Assembly (NCBI GenBank): GCA_963829525.1
Contig: CAWHIJ010000003.1
Span: 992,001 to 1,056,000, forward strand
Reading direction: 5' to 3'
DNA from: an uncultured Actinomycetota bacterium
Lineage (GTDB): Bacteria > Actinomycetota > Actinomycetes > JAHEKZ01
DNA: 64,000 nucleotides
The notes below the pieces were generated by a model. The model was not told the DNA's origin. It did not search any database and saw only the letters and a list, made by a program, of their open reading frames with translations. The translations under genes were made by a program, and so were the position numbers. Below are positions 47,460-56,185 of this stretch, one piece after another. How positions within the stretch are numbered: position 1 is the first letter of the stretch; the number at the start of each line of letters is the position of its first letter.

Positions 47460-47882
47460 GTGACCCCTGACTCCTCCAAGATCGAGTCCTCAGGTCCGCT
47501 ACCGGCGCAGGTGCGGATGTTGTCGATCGCGGTGTTCGTCGAGGCGATGGCGATGATCGCCTTCATCGCCGTTGACGTCGTGAGCGCTGCGCGCAGTGAC
47601 TCAGCCGAGTGGGGGGCCGTCTGGTTCGTTGCGGTCGTCCTTGGGCTGTGGAGTGTGGGGCTGTTCCTGGTTTCGCGCGGGGTCCTAGCCGGCCGACGAT
47701 GGGCGTTCACGCCCATCCTGTTTACCCAGGGGCTGTTCGGCATCGCAGGAATCACCTTCTTCGGCGCCGCCGCTCCCGTCGCTCGCATCGTTTGGGGAGT
47801 GGTGATCGTCGGCGCCGTCGTTGTCCTGCGGCTGCTCTTCAGCCGTGAGGTTCGCGAGCATCTGATCTACGCCAACGCATAG
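47460..47882 (+). CDS. Hypothetical 4-TM membrane protein
   Basis: Four hydrophobic segments and RRWAFTP..Q; TACGCT 6 nt upstream. Confidence 0.7.
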   Translation: MTPDSSKIESSGPLPAQVRMLSIAVFVEAMAMIAFIAVDVVSAARSDSAEWGAVWFVAVVLGLWSVGLFLVSRGVLAGRRWAFTPILFTQGLFGIAGITFFGAAAPVARIVWGVVIVGAVVVLRLLFSREVREHLIYANA

Positions 47883-47938
47883 GCTCGCCGGTGACCCGAA
47901 GCACTCTGGCCCCGGGCCACCAAGCGTTCTCAATAGCG

Positions 47939-48355
47939 TCAGGTGTCGGTGTCCAGGCCGAAACTGCCCTTGGCAACTAACGTTCCACTGTGGGTGCGGA
48001 TCTTGACCCAGTCGCCCTTGGAGGCGCGGGGAATGGCGTCACCGTGGTTGGTGTCCCATTCGCGGTGCGCCCAGCCACTGTTCGCGACGTGGATGCGTCC
48101 CACCTTGGTTCCGGCGACGTACACAAACACGTACCGGTCGGCCAAGCGGTTGATGTTGTTAACCGTGACCTCTAGTTCACGTCCGGTGCTGCCGCGCTCG
48201 TACTCGGCCACGCCGTTCGCGTTGGGGAATGAGCTGCTGTGGTGCAGCCGGGTGAACAAGTCCAACTCGTGGCTTGCCGAGGCGGGCGCGACACCCATTG
48301 TTCCCGCAATGAGAAGCGACCCGACAACTGCTGATGCTCGGTACAGGGCCCTCAT
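47939..48355 (-). CDS. Hypothetical secreted protein
   Basis: Signal peptide ending PASA, beta-rich body; RBS GAGGAG. Confidence 0.7.
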   Translation of the reverse strand: MRALYRASAVVGSLLIAGTMGVAPASASHELDLFTRLHHSSSFPNANGVAEYERGSTGRELEVTVNNINRLADRYVFVYVAGTKVGRIHVANSGWAHREWDTNHGDAIPRASKGDWVKIRTHSGTLVAKGSFGLDTDT

Positions 48356-48589
48356 GAGTACTCCTCTGAAAAACTTCGCGATCCCTCCACCTCCTTCCTA
48401 GCCGAGAAGCGATGATGCCAACAGAGGCTTGCGACAGGGGCTCACCCTTCGGGGTCGTCGGCCTCGTCGAGACGGCCGGCCGTGATGTTCGCACGGGTGC
48501 GACCGAGCATCGGGCGGACGCCCGCTGTTGACGATTCTGCTTGGGATGTGGGTGCGGAAAGTGCTGCTAGAGCACCAGTTGGCGCACCC

Positions 48590-48720
48590 AAACTCGCTGA
48601 AACGGCTCAGCGCGTGAAGCGGGTCAGCACCGGGTCAGAGTGCACACTCGCTGAACCGGCTCAGAGTGTGAACGGAGTCGGCACCGGCTCGGCGCGTGAA
48701 CGGAGTCAGCGCCGGGGTCA
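48590..48720. repeat. Degenerate ~27-28-bp tandem/REP-like repeats
   Basis: Units ACGGCTCAGCGCGTGAAGCGGGTCAGC, ACCGGCTCAGAGTGTGAACGGAGTCGGC and ACCGGCTCGGCGCGTGAACGGAGTCAGC; CTCGCTGAA at 48593 and 48647. Confidence 0.65.
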
Positions 48721-49263
48721 CACTGCTTCGGGGTCGCCGGTGTCGTCGAATCGGCCGGATGCCAGTCGCTCCAGGGCTGTGCCGGTCAGTCGGTTCACGG
48801 TCCAGTCGTCCATCGAGATGGCACCGATCCGCTGGTAGAAGTCGACGGCGGGATTCCAGTCGAGGACCCACCAGTCGAGGCGCGGGTAACCGCGATCGAC
48901 GCAGATCTGCGCGAGGTGCTGCAACAGCGCCTTGCCGTAGCCGAGCCCGCGGTACTGCTCGCGGACGTACAGGTCGTCGAGGTAGATCGAGTGCTTGGCC
49001 GTCCAAGTGAAGAAGTTGCGGAACCAGATCGCCATGCCGGCGATCTCCCAGTTGGCGTGCTCCGCAGGGGTGTCGTCCTTAGCGTGGTGCTCCAGGATGG
49101 AGCACCAGACGGCTGGTTCGTCACAGAAGAGCGCCTCGGTGAAGAGCTTTTCGCTGGACTGCACCTCGTGGCGGGCCTTTTCATACTCAGCCAGCTCGCA
49201 CACCATCGCGAAGATCTCGGGGACGTCGTCGGGGCGGGCGCCGCGGATCCGGTAGCTCGTCAT
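48718..49263 (-). CDS. GNAT acetyltransferase (diamine N-acetyltransferase-like)
   Basis: ELAEYEK, YLDDLYV..YRGLGYG and VLDWNPAVDFY. Confidence 0.88.
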   Translation of the reverse strand: MTSYRIRGARPDDVPEIFAMVCELAEYEKARHEVQSSEKLFTEALFCDEPAVWCSILEHHAKDDTPAEHANWEIAGMAIWFRNFFTWTAKHSIYLDDLYVREQYRGLGYGKALLQHLAQICVDRGYPRLDWWVLDWNPAVDFYQRIGAISMDDWTVNRLTGTALERLASGRFDDTGDPEAV

Positions 49264-49299
49264 GGCTCGATCTTGGCGCAGGCGCGGACAGACATAGGA

Positions 49300-49333
49300 A
49301 CGCGGGGTCGCTCCCGAGAGAACGACCCCGCGT
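49300..49333 (-). terminator. Hairpin downstream of sodN
   Basis: ACGCGGGGTCG...CGACCCCGCGT 11-bp stem. Confidence 0.7.
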
Positions 49334-49357
49334 CCAACGCCGTGGGCTGTGCGTGCG

Positions 49358-49750
49358 TCAGGCCTTCTTGGTCTCCCAGAAGATGTTGGCGATCTCGTCG
49401 ATCTTGCCAAGCAGCTGGTCGGCAACGGCAACGTCGTTGCTGCCTTTGGTGCCACCGGCGCCGGCGAGCTTGGTGGCGTCGTTGAAGAGCCCGTGCAGCT
49501 GGGGATACTTCTCGAAGTGCGGGGGCTTGAAGTAGTCAGTCCAGAGCACCCACAGGTGCTCCTTGACCATGTTGGAGCGCTGCTCCTTGATGGAGACTGC
49601 GCGCGCCTTGAAGTCGGCGTCGTCGCTGCCGTGGTACTTCTCCATGCACGCCTTCACCGACTGGGCCTCGATCTTGGCCTGAGCAGGGTCGTAGACGCCG
49701 CACGGCAGGTCGCAGTGGGCACTGACCTCGGCGATGAGCCGGAGAGCCAT
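49358..49750 (-). CDS. sodN: Nickel superoxide dismutase precursor
   Basis: Short leader MALRLIAEVSA, then Ni-hook HCDLPCGVYDP, and LWTDYFKP; RBS GAAAGGA. Confidence 0.96.
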   Translation of the reverse strand: MALRLIAEVSAHCDLPCGVYDPAQAKIEAQSVKACMEKYHGSDDADFKARAVSIKEQRSNMVKEHLWVLWTDYFKPPHFEKYPQLHGLFNDATKLAGAGGTKGSNDVAVADQLLGKIDEIANIFWETKKA

Positions 49751-49799
49751 GGGTGGGTCCTTTCGACGCAGGTCTGGGATGTCAGCGACACTACCCCTC

Positions 49800-50165
49800 A
49801 TGTCACGCGCACGCAGATCCCCCTCCGAGCACGAACTTGGGGCGGTCGTTGCCGGGCGAGCCATCGTCCGCGTGCGAGGGGCGTCCATGGAGCCGACGCT
49901 GCGCGACGGGGACCTGCTGTTGGTGCGAGTCGGCCTGGAGCCGGCACCCGGCAGCCTCGTTGTGCTGGCGCTGCCAGGACGCCATGGGCTGGCCGTCAAG
50001 CGGGCTGTGCGCTTGGAGCCGGAGGGCTGGTGGGTCGAGCGCGACAACCCGCGGGAAGGCGTCGACTCTTGGGTGGTGGGGGCCATCCCGACCCGTGACG
50101 TGGTGGCGCAGGTGGTGCAACGTGTTTGGCCGCTTCGGCGCATCAGGCCAGCTCCGGCCCTGTGA
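49800..50165 (+). CDS. sodX: NiSOD maturation protease (S26-like)
   Basis: GASMEPTLRDGD, VKR and DNP..G.DS; divergent from sodN; start approximate. Confidence 0.85.
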   Translation: MSRARRSPSEHELGAVVAGRAIVRVRGASMEPTLRDGDLLLVRVGLEPAPGSLVVLALPGRHGLAVKRAVRLEPEGWWVERDNPREGVDSWVVGAIPTRDVVAQVVQRVWPLRRIRPAPAL

Positions 50166-50203
50166 CACGATGGTCGATCCGCCCACCTTCGGAAGCGTGC
50201 TCC

Positions 50204-51379
50204 GTGACAACCTCTGACTTGCCCATCGACCCGGTCTTCGCGCTCCACCGCGGCGGAAAGATCGAGATGCGCTCGACCGCTCGGGTCCGCGATGCCGAGG
50301 GCCTGGCCCTGGCCTACACGCCGGGCGTCGCACGGGTGAGCGAAGCTATCGCCGCCGACCCTGGCCTGGCCGACACCTATACCTGGCGCTCGCATGTCGT
50401 CGCCGTCGTGTCTGACGGCACGGCTGTTCTCGGTCTGGGTGACATCGGCCCGCTTGCGGCGTTGCCGGTGATGGAGGGGAAGGCGTTGCTCTTCAAGGAC
50501 TTCGGTGGGATCGACGCCGTGCCGATCGTGCTGGACACGAAGGACACGGACGAGATCGTTGAGACGGTGGCGCACCTTGCGCCAAGTTTTGGTGGCATCA
50601 ACCTGGAGGACATCAGCGCCCCGCGCTGCTTCGAGATCGAGAAGCGGCTGCAGGAACGGCTCGACATCCCGGTCTTCCACGACGACCAGCACGGCACTGC
50701 GATCGTGGTGCTCGCGGCGCTCGAGAACGCCATGCGATTGATCAACCGGCCACTTTCAGATCTTCGTGTCGTCGTCTCCGGTGCTGGCGCGGCGGGTGTT
50801 GCCGTCACCAAGATCCTGCTCGAGGCGGGGATCGGCGACATCGCTGTCGGCGACAGCAAGGGGATCATCCACGCAGGACGCGGCGAACTGGAAGGCATGA
50901 AGGAGCGGATCGCCGGCGCCACCAACTCCGCTGGCCTGACCGGATCGATCGAAGAGGCCATGCGGGGTGCCGACGTCTTCATCGGTGTCTCTGCCGGCAA
51001 GGTCTCCGAGGCTGCTGTCGCGTCGATGTCGTCCGACGCGATGGTGTTCGCGCTCGCGAACCCCGACCCCGAGGTGGATCCGTCGATGGCAGCCAAGTAC
51101 GCCAGGGTCGTGGCCACCGGCCGCAGCGACTTCCCGAACCAGATCAACAACGTGCTCGCGTTCCCCGGCATCTTCAAGGGTGCGCTCGAGGTTGGAGCCA
51201 CCCAGATCACGAAGGGGATGAAGCTGGCGGCCGCCAACGCGCTGGCGAAGGTGGTGGGCGACGACGTCGCCTTTGACCACGTCATCCCCAGCGTCTTCGA
51301 CCAGCGGGTTGCGCCTTCAGTTGCTGAAGCCGTATCCAAGGCTGCCCGCGAGGATGGCGTCCTGCGCCCGCATCACTGA
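50204..51379 (+). CDS. NAD(P)-dependent malic enzyme (short type)
   Basis: AYTPGVA, VMEGKALLFK, NLEDI, FHDDQHGT, GAGAAG and GRSDFPNQINN. Confidence 0.93.
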   Translation: MTTSDLPIDPVFALHRGGKIEMRSTARVRDAEGLALAYTPGVARVSEAIAADPGLADTYTWRSHVVAVVSDGTAVLGLGDIGPLAALPVMEGKALLFKDFGGIDAVPIVLDTKDTDEIVETVAHLAPSFGGINLEDISAPRCFEIEKRLQERLDIPVFHDDQHGTAIVVLAALENAMRLINRPLSDLRVVVSGAGAAGVAVTKILLEAGIGDIAVGDSKGIIHAGRGELEGMKERIAGATNSAGLTGSIEEAMRGADVFIGVSAGKVSEAAVASMSSDAMVFALANPDPEVDPSMAAKYARVVATGRSDFPNQINNVLAFPGIFKGALEVGATQITKGMKLAAANALAKVVGDDVAFDHVIPSVFDQRVAPSVAEAVSKAAREDGVLRPHH

Positions 51380-51389
51380 CCGGCGTATA

Positions 51390-51450
51390 CGTGAGCACTA
51401 GGTACATCCTCGGCCCGTGGGACGCCCCCGATCTGTACCTAACTCTCACG
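51390..51450. repeat. Palindromic REP-like element or bidirectional terminator between convergent genes
   Basis: CGTGAG..TAGGTACA ... TGTACCTA..CTCACG. Confidence 0.5.
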
Positions 51451-51551
51451 CGAGTGAGGGTGGCGGTCCAGCGGGCGTACTGCCACGTCAGGGATGGCGG
51501 TGGCCGGTCAGAGGATTGCTAGTTCGTGGTCCAAGAGTGTGACGACCCTGG

Positions 51552-52025
51552 CTACTCCGGGTCGGTGACGTCCGCGATCTGCGCGTGAAGCGCCGCTAGC
51601 GCCTCGTCGGCATCGACAGCGATAGCGGTGTTGTTGACGCCGGCCCCAAGAGTGATGGCGCGTCCGGCGAGCAGCTCATCGGCGATCACGGGTAGCGCAG
51701 TCTTGGCGCCGAAGGGTGTGATGGTGCCCCTGGGGTAGCCGGTGACAGCCAACGCCTCGTCAGCATCGGGCATAGAGAGGCGGTTGACGCCAAGCAGGGT
51801 GCGCAGCTTGGGCCAGCTGATCACCCGGTCACCTGGCACCAGCACGAAGACAAAGTCGCCTTCGCCGCGGCGCACGACCATGGTCTTGACGACATCAGCG
51901 GCATCCACGCCTCGCGCAACGGCCGCTTCAGCGAGGCTGCGCACCGACCCATGGCGGATGACACGACGCGCCAGCCCCATCTGCTCAGCAGCCACCGCCC
52001 CGGGCGGCAGGTCTTCAGCCGTCAC
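51552..52025 (-). CDS. YbaK/EbsC aminoacyl-tRNA deacylase family protein
   Basis: VVKTMVV, TGYPRGTITPFG and LGAG; GTGA overlap with the ltaE stop. Confidence 0.85.
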   Translation of the reverse strand: MTAEDLPPGAVAAEQMGLARRVIRHGSVRSLAEAAVARGVDAADVVKTMVVRRGEGDFVFVLVPGDRVISWPKLRTLLGVNRLSMPDADEALAVTGYPRGTITPFGAKTALPVIADELLAGRAITLGAGVNNTAIAVDADEALAALHAQIADVTDPE

Positions 52026-53059
52026 AGCGACGCTGGCACGACCTCGGCGACCAGACGCGCGAACGAGTCGATGTCGTCCTCGGTGGTGTCCCACGAGCAC
52101 ATCCAGCGCACCTCGTTGCGGGCCTCATCCCAGGCGTAGAAGGGGTAGGCCTCCTGCAGCTTGGCGATCGCTAGCTGGGGAAGGATGGCAAAGACACCGT
52201 TGGCCTGCACCCTCTGCGTGATGGTCACGCCGGGGATGTCGACGACGGCATTGTGCAGACGCTGAGCCATGGCGTTGGCGTGCGCGGCGTTGTGGCGCCA
52301 CAGGTCGTTCTCGAATAGCGCCAGGAACTGTGCAGAGATGAAGCGCATCTTGCTGGAAAGCTGCATCCCTTGCTTGCGGATGAAGGGAGTGCTCTCGGCG
52401 AGCTCCGGACGGAAGTAGACGATGGCCTCACCGCCCATGAGGCCGTTCTTGGTGCCGCCGAAGGAAAGGACGTCGACGCCGGCATCTGCTGTGGTCTCCC
52501 GGATCTGAACTCCCAGGGATACGGCGGCGTTGGAGATTCGGGCGCCATCCATGTGGAGGTACATGTCGAGCTCGTGCGCAGTGTCGGCGATCGCCTTGAC
52601 CTCGTCGACGGAGTACAGCGTCCCGAGCTCGGTCGACTGCGTGATGGCGACGACCCTTGGCTGAACGTGATGCACGTCGCCGCGTCCGATGTAGGCGGCG
52701 CGGATCATCTCGGGGGTCAGCTTGCCGTCCGGTGTCGGTACGTCCCAGAGCTTGCTGCCGAGGAAGCGCTCAGGTGCTCCGCACTCGTCCCAGTTGATGT
52801 GGGCGTTCTGGGTGCAGATGACGTTCTCCCACGGCCGCAGCAGCGACTGCAGGGCGGTGACGTTGGCACCGGTGCCGTTGAAGACGAAGAACACCTCGAC
52901 CTGCTCACCGAGCATCGAGCGAAAACGCTCAACGGTCTCTTCGGTATACGGGTCTTCGCCGTAGGACACGACGTGTCCCACGTTGACCTCGGCCAGCTTG
53001 GCGAGGACGTCGGGGTGGACGCCGGCGTAGTTGTCGCTGGCGAAGCCGCGGTGGTTCAC
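52022..53059 (-). CDS. ltaE: Low-specificity L-threonine aldolase
   Basis: FASDNYAG, NGTGAN, HMDGAR and SFGGTKNG (PLP lysine). Confidence 0.92.
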   Translation of the reverse strand: MNHRGFASDNYAGVHPDVLAKLAEVNVGHVVSYGEDPYTEETVERFRSMLGEQVEVFFVFNGTGANVTALQSLLRPWENVICTQNAHINWDECGAPERFLGSKLWDVPTPDGKLTPEMIRAAYIGRGDVHHVQPRVVAITQSTELGTLYSVDEVKAIADTAHELDMYLHMDGARISNAAVSLGVQIRETTADAGVDVLSFGGTKNGLMGGEAIVYFRPELAESTPFIRKQGMQLSSKMRFISAQFLALFENDLWRHNAAHANAMAQRLHNAVVDIPGVTITQRVQANGVFAILPQLAIAKLQEAYPFYAWDEARNEVRWMCSWDTTEDDIDSFARLVAEVVPASL

Positions 53060-53769
53060 GAGGGCCCTCCGGAGTAGAGGCGGATGCGTTGTCCGTTCAT
53101 CTTGGCGCCAGCGGGGGAGGAGAGGTACACCAGGGCGTCGGCGATCTCCTCGGCCGGGACAAAGGTGCCCCAGTCCTTGTCTGGGTTCTTCTCACGCATG
53201 GCCGGTGTGAGGATCGCGGGTACAACCACGACGTTGGCGGTCGCCGTCGTGCCCTTGAAGCCGTTCGCCAGCGCCAGCACGACGGCCTCTGACGCAGCCT
53301 TGGCCGTCGCGTAGGCGGCGTTCTTGCTCGTGGGCGCTTGCGCCTCCTTGGCGGAGATGATGGCGAACCGGCCCTGTTCGGACGTCACGAGCGGCTCGGC
53401 GAAGGCGCGCACCACGTGCACCGTGGTGCGCACCAGCAAGTCGTGCAGCCACTCCCAGTCCTCCAGCGGTTGCTCCTGAAGGGGGGTGCCACCCCGCCAC
53501 CCACCCACGAGGTGCCACACGGCGTCGACCGGTGCCGACGCAGTGACGTCCGCAGCGAAGACACGGACCGCATCGTCGTCGAGCAGGTCGACGACGTGCG
53601 TGCTCTCAATGGAGTCGCTGAAGCGGGCCGCGAGCGCGTCGAGGCGATCCTGCGCGACGTCCACCAGAATCAGACGTGCCCCTGCCGCGCCGGCCGCCGC
53701 GACGACCGTCGGACCAAGGCCGCCAGCTGCGCCGGTGACGAGGACGCGACGACCAGCCAGCGGCGTCAC
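53056..53769 (-). CDS. SDR oxidoreductase
   Basis: VLVTGAAGGLG, HLVGGW and YATAK; GTG 53769 overlaps the predicted stop of the upstream gene. Confidence 0.85.
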   Translation of the reverse strand: MTPLAGRRVLVTGAAGGLGPTVVAAAGAAGARLILVDVAQDRLDALAARFSDSIESTHVVDLLDDDAVRVFAADVTASAPVDAVWHLVGGWRGGTPLQEQPLEDWEWLHDLLVRTTVHVVRAFAEPLVTSEQGRFAIISAKEAQAPTSKNAAYATAKAASEAVVLALANGFKGTTATANVVVVPAILTPAMREKNPDKDWGTFVPAEEIADALVYLSSPAGAKMNGQRIRLYSGGPS

Positions 53770-55851
53770 GCGGCTGCTCCGCTGGCCGACTCGATCGTGG
53801 GGAGCAGCTTGGCGCCCAAGCGATTGGTAGAACATGCTCAGCGGGAACTCATCAGGGTTGACCAGGTTGACCCACGCCTTGTGGTCGGCCTCGTCGCGTC
53901 CCGTACGCGCCTCCGGCGTCCACTGAGACGCGAGGTTTGGCTGGACGTACTTGCTCACGAGGTCGTGAGCGGCGATCCAGTAGCGCACCTTCGAGCTGCT
54001 GATGCCAGTGCGGTACAGCGCCTCGATCTCCAGCCGCAGCTCGTTGACGCCATCGGGCAGGCGGGCCCAGTCGATAGTCAGAGTGTTGTTGCGCCACGTG
54101 AGGATGCCGTTGTTGTGCAGGTATCCGAAAAGAACCTGGCCTGCCAGCCCGTCGTAGTTGCGGACGCGCCCACCGGTGAGTGGGAATCGGAAGAGGCGGT
54201 CGAAGAGGACGCCGTACTGCACGTACTCGGCGAACGGGAAGTCGCCAGCGATCTCGCCCGCCTGGTGAAAGGCGGTGAGGTCACACCGCAGCTCTTCCAG
54301 CGAGTACATCCAGAACGGAAGTCGCTTACGGATCATGAACGGGTCAAAGGGCAGTTCACCGTGGCTGTGTGCCCGGTCGTGGATGAGGTCCCACAGCTCG
54401 AACATGTCGCGGGTCATCGGCTCACTCGCGAGGAGCGCCGAGAGTGCGGGCGGCAGCTCAAGGGCGGTGATCTGCACGGCTTCGCCCACCACTCGCTGGT
54501 AGCGAGCTGCCTCGCGGTCGCAGAAGATGCCGCCAAAGGTGTTAGCGGCCTCACCGACGACGCTGACCGTCTCGGGGAAGAAGACCGCACATTCGCTGTC
54601 GTAGCCAGCGGTGTTGTCGACGAGGTGAACCGGAACGAACTTGTCGTTGGCGAACTGCGTGCTCTCCAGCTCAGCGATCCAGGCTGGCCATGGCACGCGA
54701 ACGATGAGGGCCTCGAAGCGGACATCGAGTGAGCCGTTGGGGGTGTACATCGGGAAGAAGGCGAGGTGCTCGACTCCGTCCGCACGCTGCAGCTCGGGGC
54801 GGAAGAGCGACAGCGCAGGACCGAAGTTGGGCTTGCCGCATCCGCCTTCGATCCAGGCGTCCAGGTCGACGATCACCTGTGCGAGGTACTCAGCTTGGTG
54901 GGGGAAGTACGGGGAAAGCCCCGCGACTGCAGCGCCGACGCGATCAGCGATCGCGCGCACCTGCTCCACCGGTGTGGCTGCGAGGTCGACAGTGGCGTCG
55001 GCGGCCTGCAGGGTCCTTAGCTCCTCTGTCGCCGCTTTCAGCTGAGCCCAGTTCGGGTCAGCGGCAGCGGCGGAGACGTGGTGGTCGACTTGTGACGCGA
55101 ACGTGGGCAGCGCGGCCCAGTAGGCCATGTTGACCCAGAGCTGTGCGTGGTCGAAGTCATCGATGCAGTCGTCCCCGAAGAGGTCGGAGTCGGCGGCAAC
55201 GACCACTCTGCCCTTGCCGGCGGTCGTGGCCGCGAGCAGCGGGGCCGCCGCCGGGGCGGCTGCCTTGCTCGAGCGGGCCAAAACGGTGACCTCGTCGTTG
55301 GGGCTGAGCGACCCCGCCCGGTAGAAGACCAGCTTCTCGACATCGGTGAGCAGCGGGTGGGCGGTCGCGATCTCAGACTCGACCCAGCTCGGTGCCTGGT
55401 GATGGCTTTGGTAGTCCTGAACGGTGGCGTGCTCGACGGTGATGCCAAAGCTGGCAGCGATGTCGGCAAGGTTGGAGTCGTACTTGTCCTGTTCGGACTC
55501 GGCCAAGATGACGAGCCCGCCGCCGGCCGCCACGAACGCGTGAATGGCCGCGACCTCGTCGTCGTCGTAGTGGGCCGATCCGACGCCGGTCGTCGCTTCG
55601 AACTTCGGCGAGCTGGCGTGTGGGAGCACAAGTACCGAGATGTCGGCGAGGGTCTCTGGTGTCAGGCGTCCCGTGGTCAGTGCCTCGACGACGAAGTCGC
55701 GACGGCGAAGCAGCCCGGCGGCCTTGGCGTACGAGCTGTCGCCTGGGTGTGCCGGCTGCATCTGGGCGGAGATGTCGGGTCGGATTGACCATGCTTGCTG
55801 GTGGGCCTCGTCGACGAGCACGCGGACGGACGCTGGACGGACGACGGACAT
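53766..55851 (-). CDS. DUF6421-family protein with an N-terminal GATase-like domain; +1 G near 53815 makes it appear fused to the SDR
   Basis: FPMYTPNGS, FGGIFCDREAAR, WDLIHDRAHSHG, LEELRCD and NYDGLAGQ. Removing one G gives a C-terminus SLGAKLLPTIESASGAAA* with a GTGA overlap. Confidence 0.75.
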
Positions 55852-56001
55852 GGTCACTCCCCTGTGAAAGCAATGTCGTAGTGGCGATTCAGTCTCAGGC
55901 AACCCGGCTGAAAGGCAATTCTGCGGTATTCAGTCTATCTGACCGGAATATTGCCCGCCTAGAGACCATTGGCCCGCCGAAACAGATAGACGCCGGTCGA
56001 G

Positions 56002-56175
56002 TCAGTCTTCGTCGTCGAGCCTCGCGAGCCAGGTCGCGAACCGCTCGATGGCGGTCTCGAAGTCCGGGTTGAGGTCGACGAACACCTGCAGCTGGTCCGC
56101 GAGCCAGGCGAGACTGACCTGCTCTTCGCCACGCCGCGACGAGAGCTCCTCGATCCCGCGGTCGGTGAAGTACAT
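56002..56175 (-). CDS. DUF6104-family small protein
   Basis: MYFTDRGIEEL..RRGEE..WLA..L..FVDLNPDFE..ERFATWLARLDDED. Confidence 0.85.
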   Translation of the reverse strand: MYFTDRGIEELSSRRGEEQVSLAWLADQLQVFVDLNPDFETAIERFATWLARLDDED

Positions 56176-56185
56176 GACGGCCCGC

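Noticed and set aside
48590-48720. Possible CRISPR array
   Set aside because: The repeats are degenerate and adjacent, with no unique spacers and no cas genes in the window.
49358-50692. 444-aa ORF ending in SodN
   Set aside because: The upstream part is antisense to sodX and malic enzyme; the real start is ATG 49750 with an RBS.
53056-55902. 948-aa DUF6421-SDR fusion in the ORF track
   Set aside because: Removing one G near 53815 restores a normal C-terminus and a GTGA stop/start overlap, in line with the other +1 errors.
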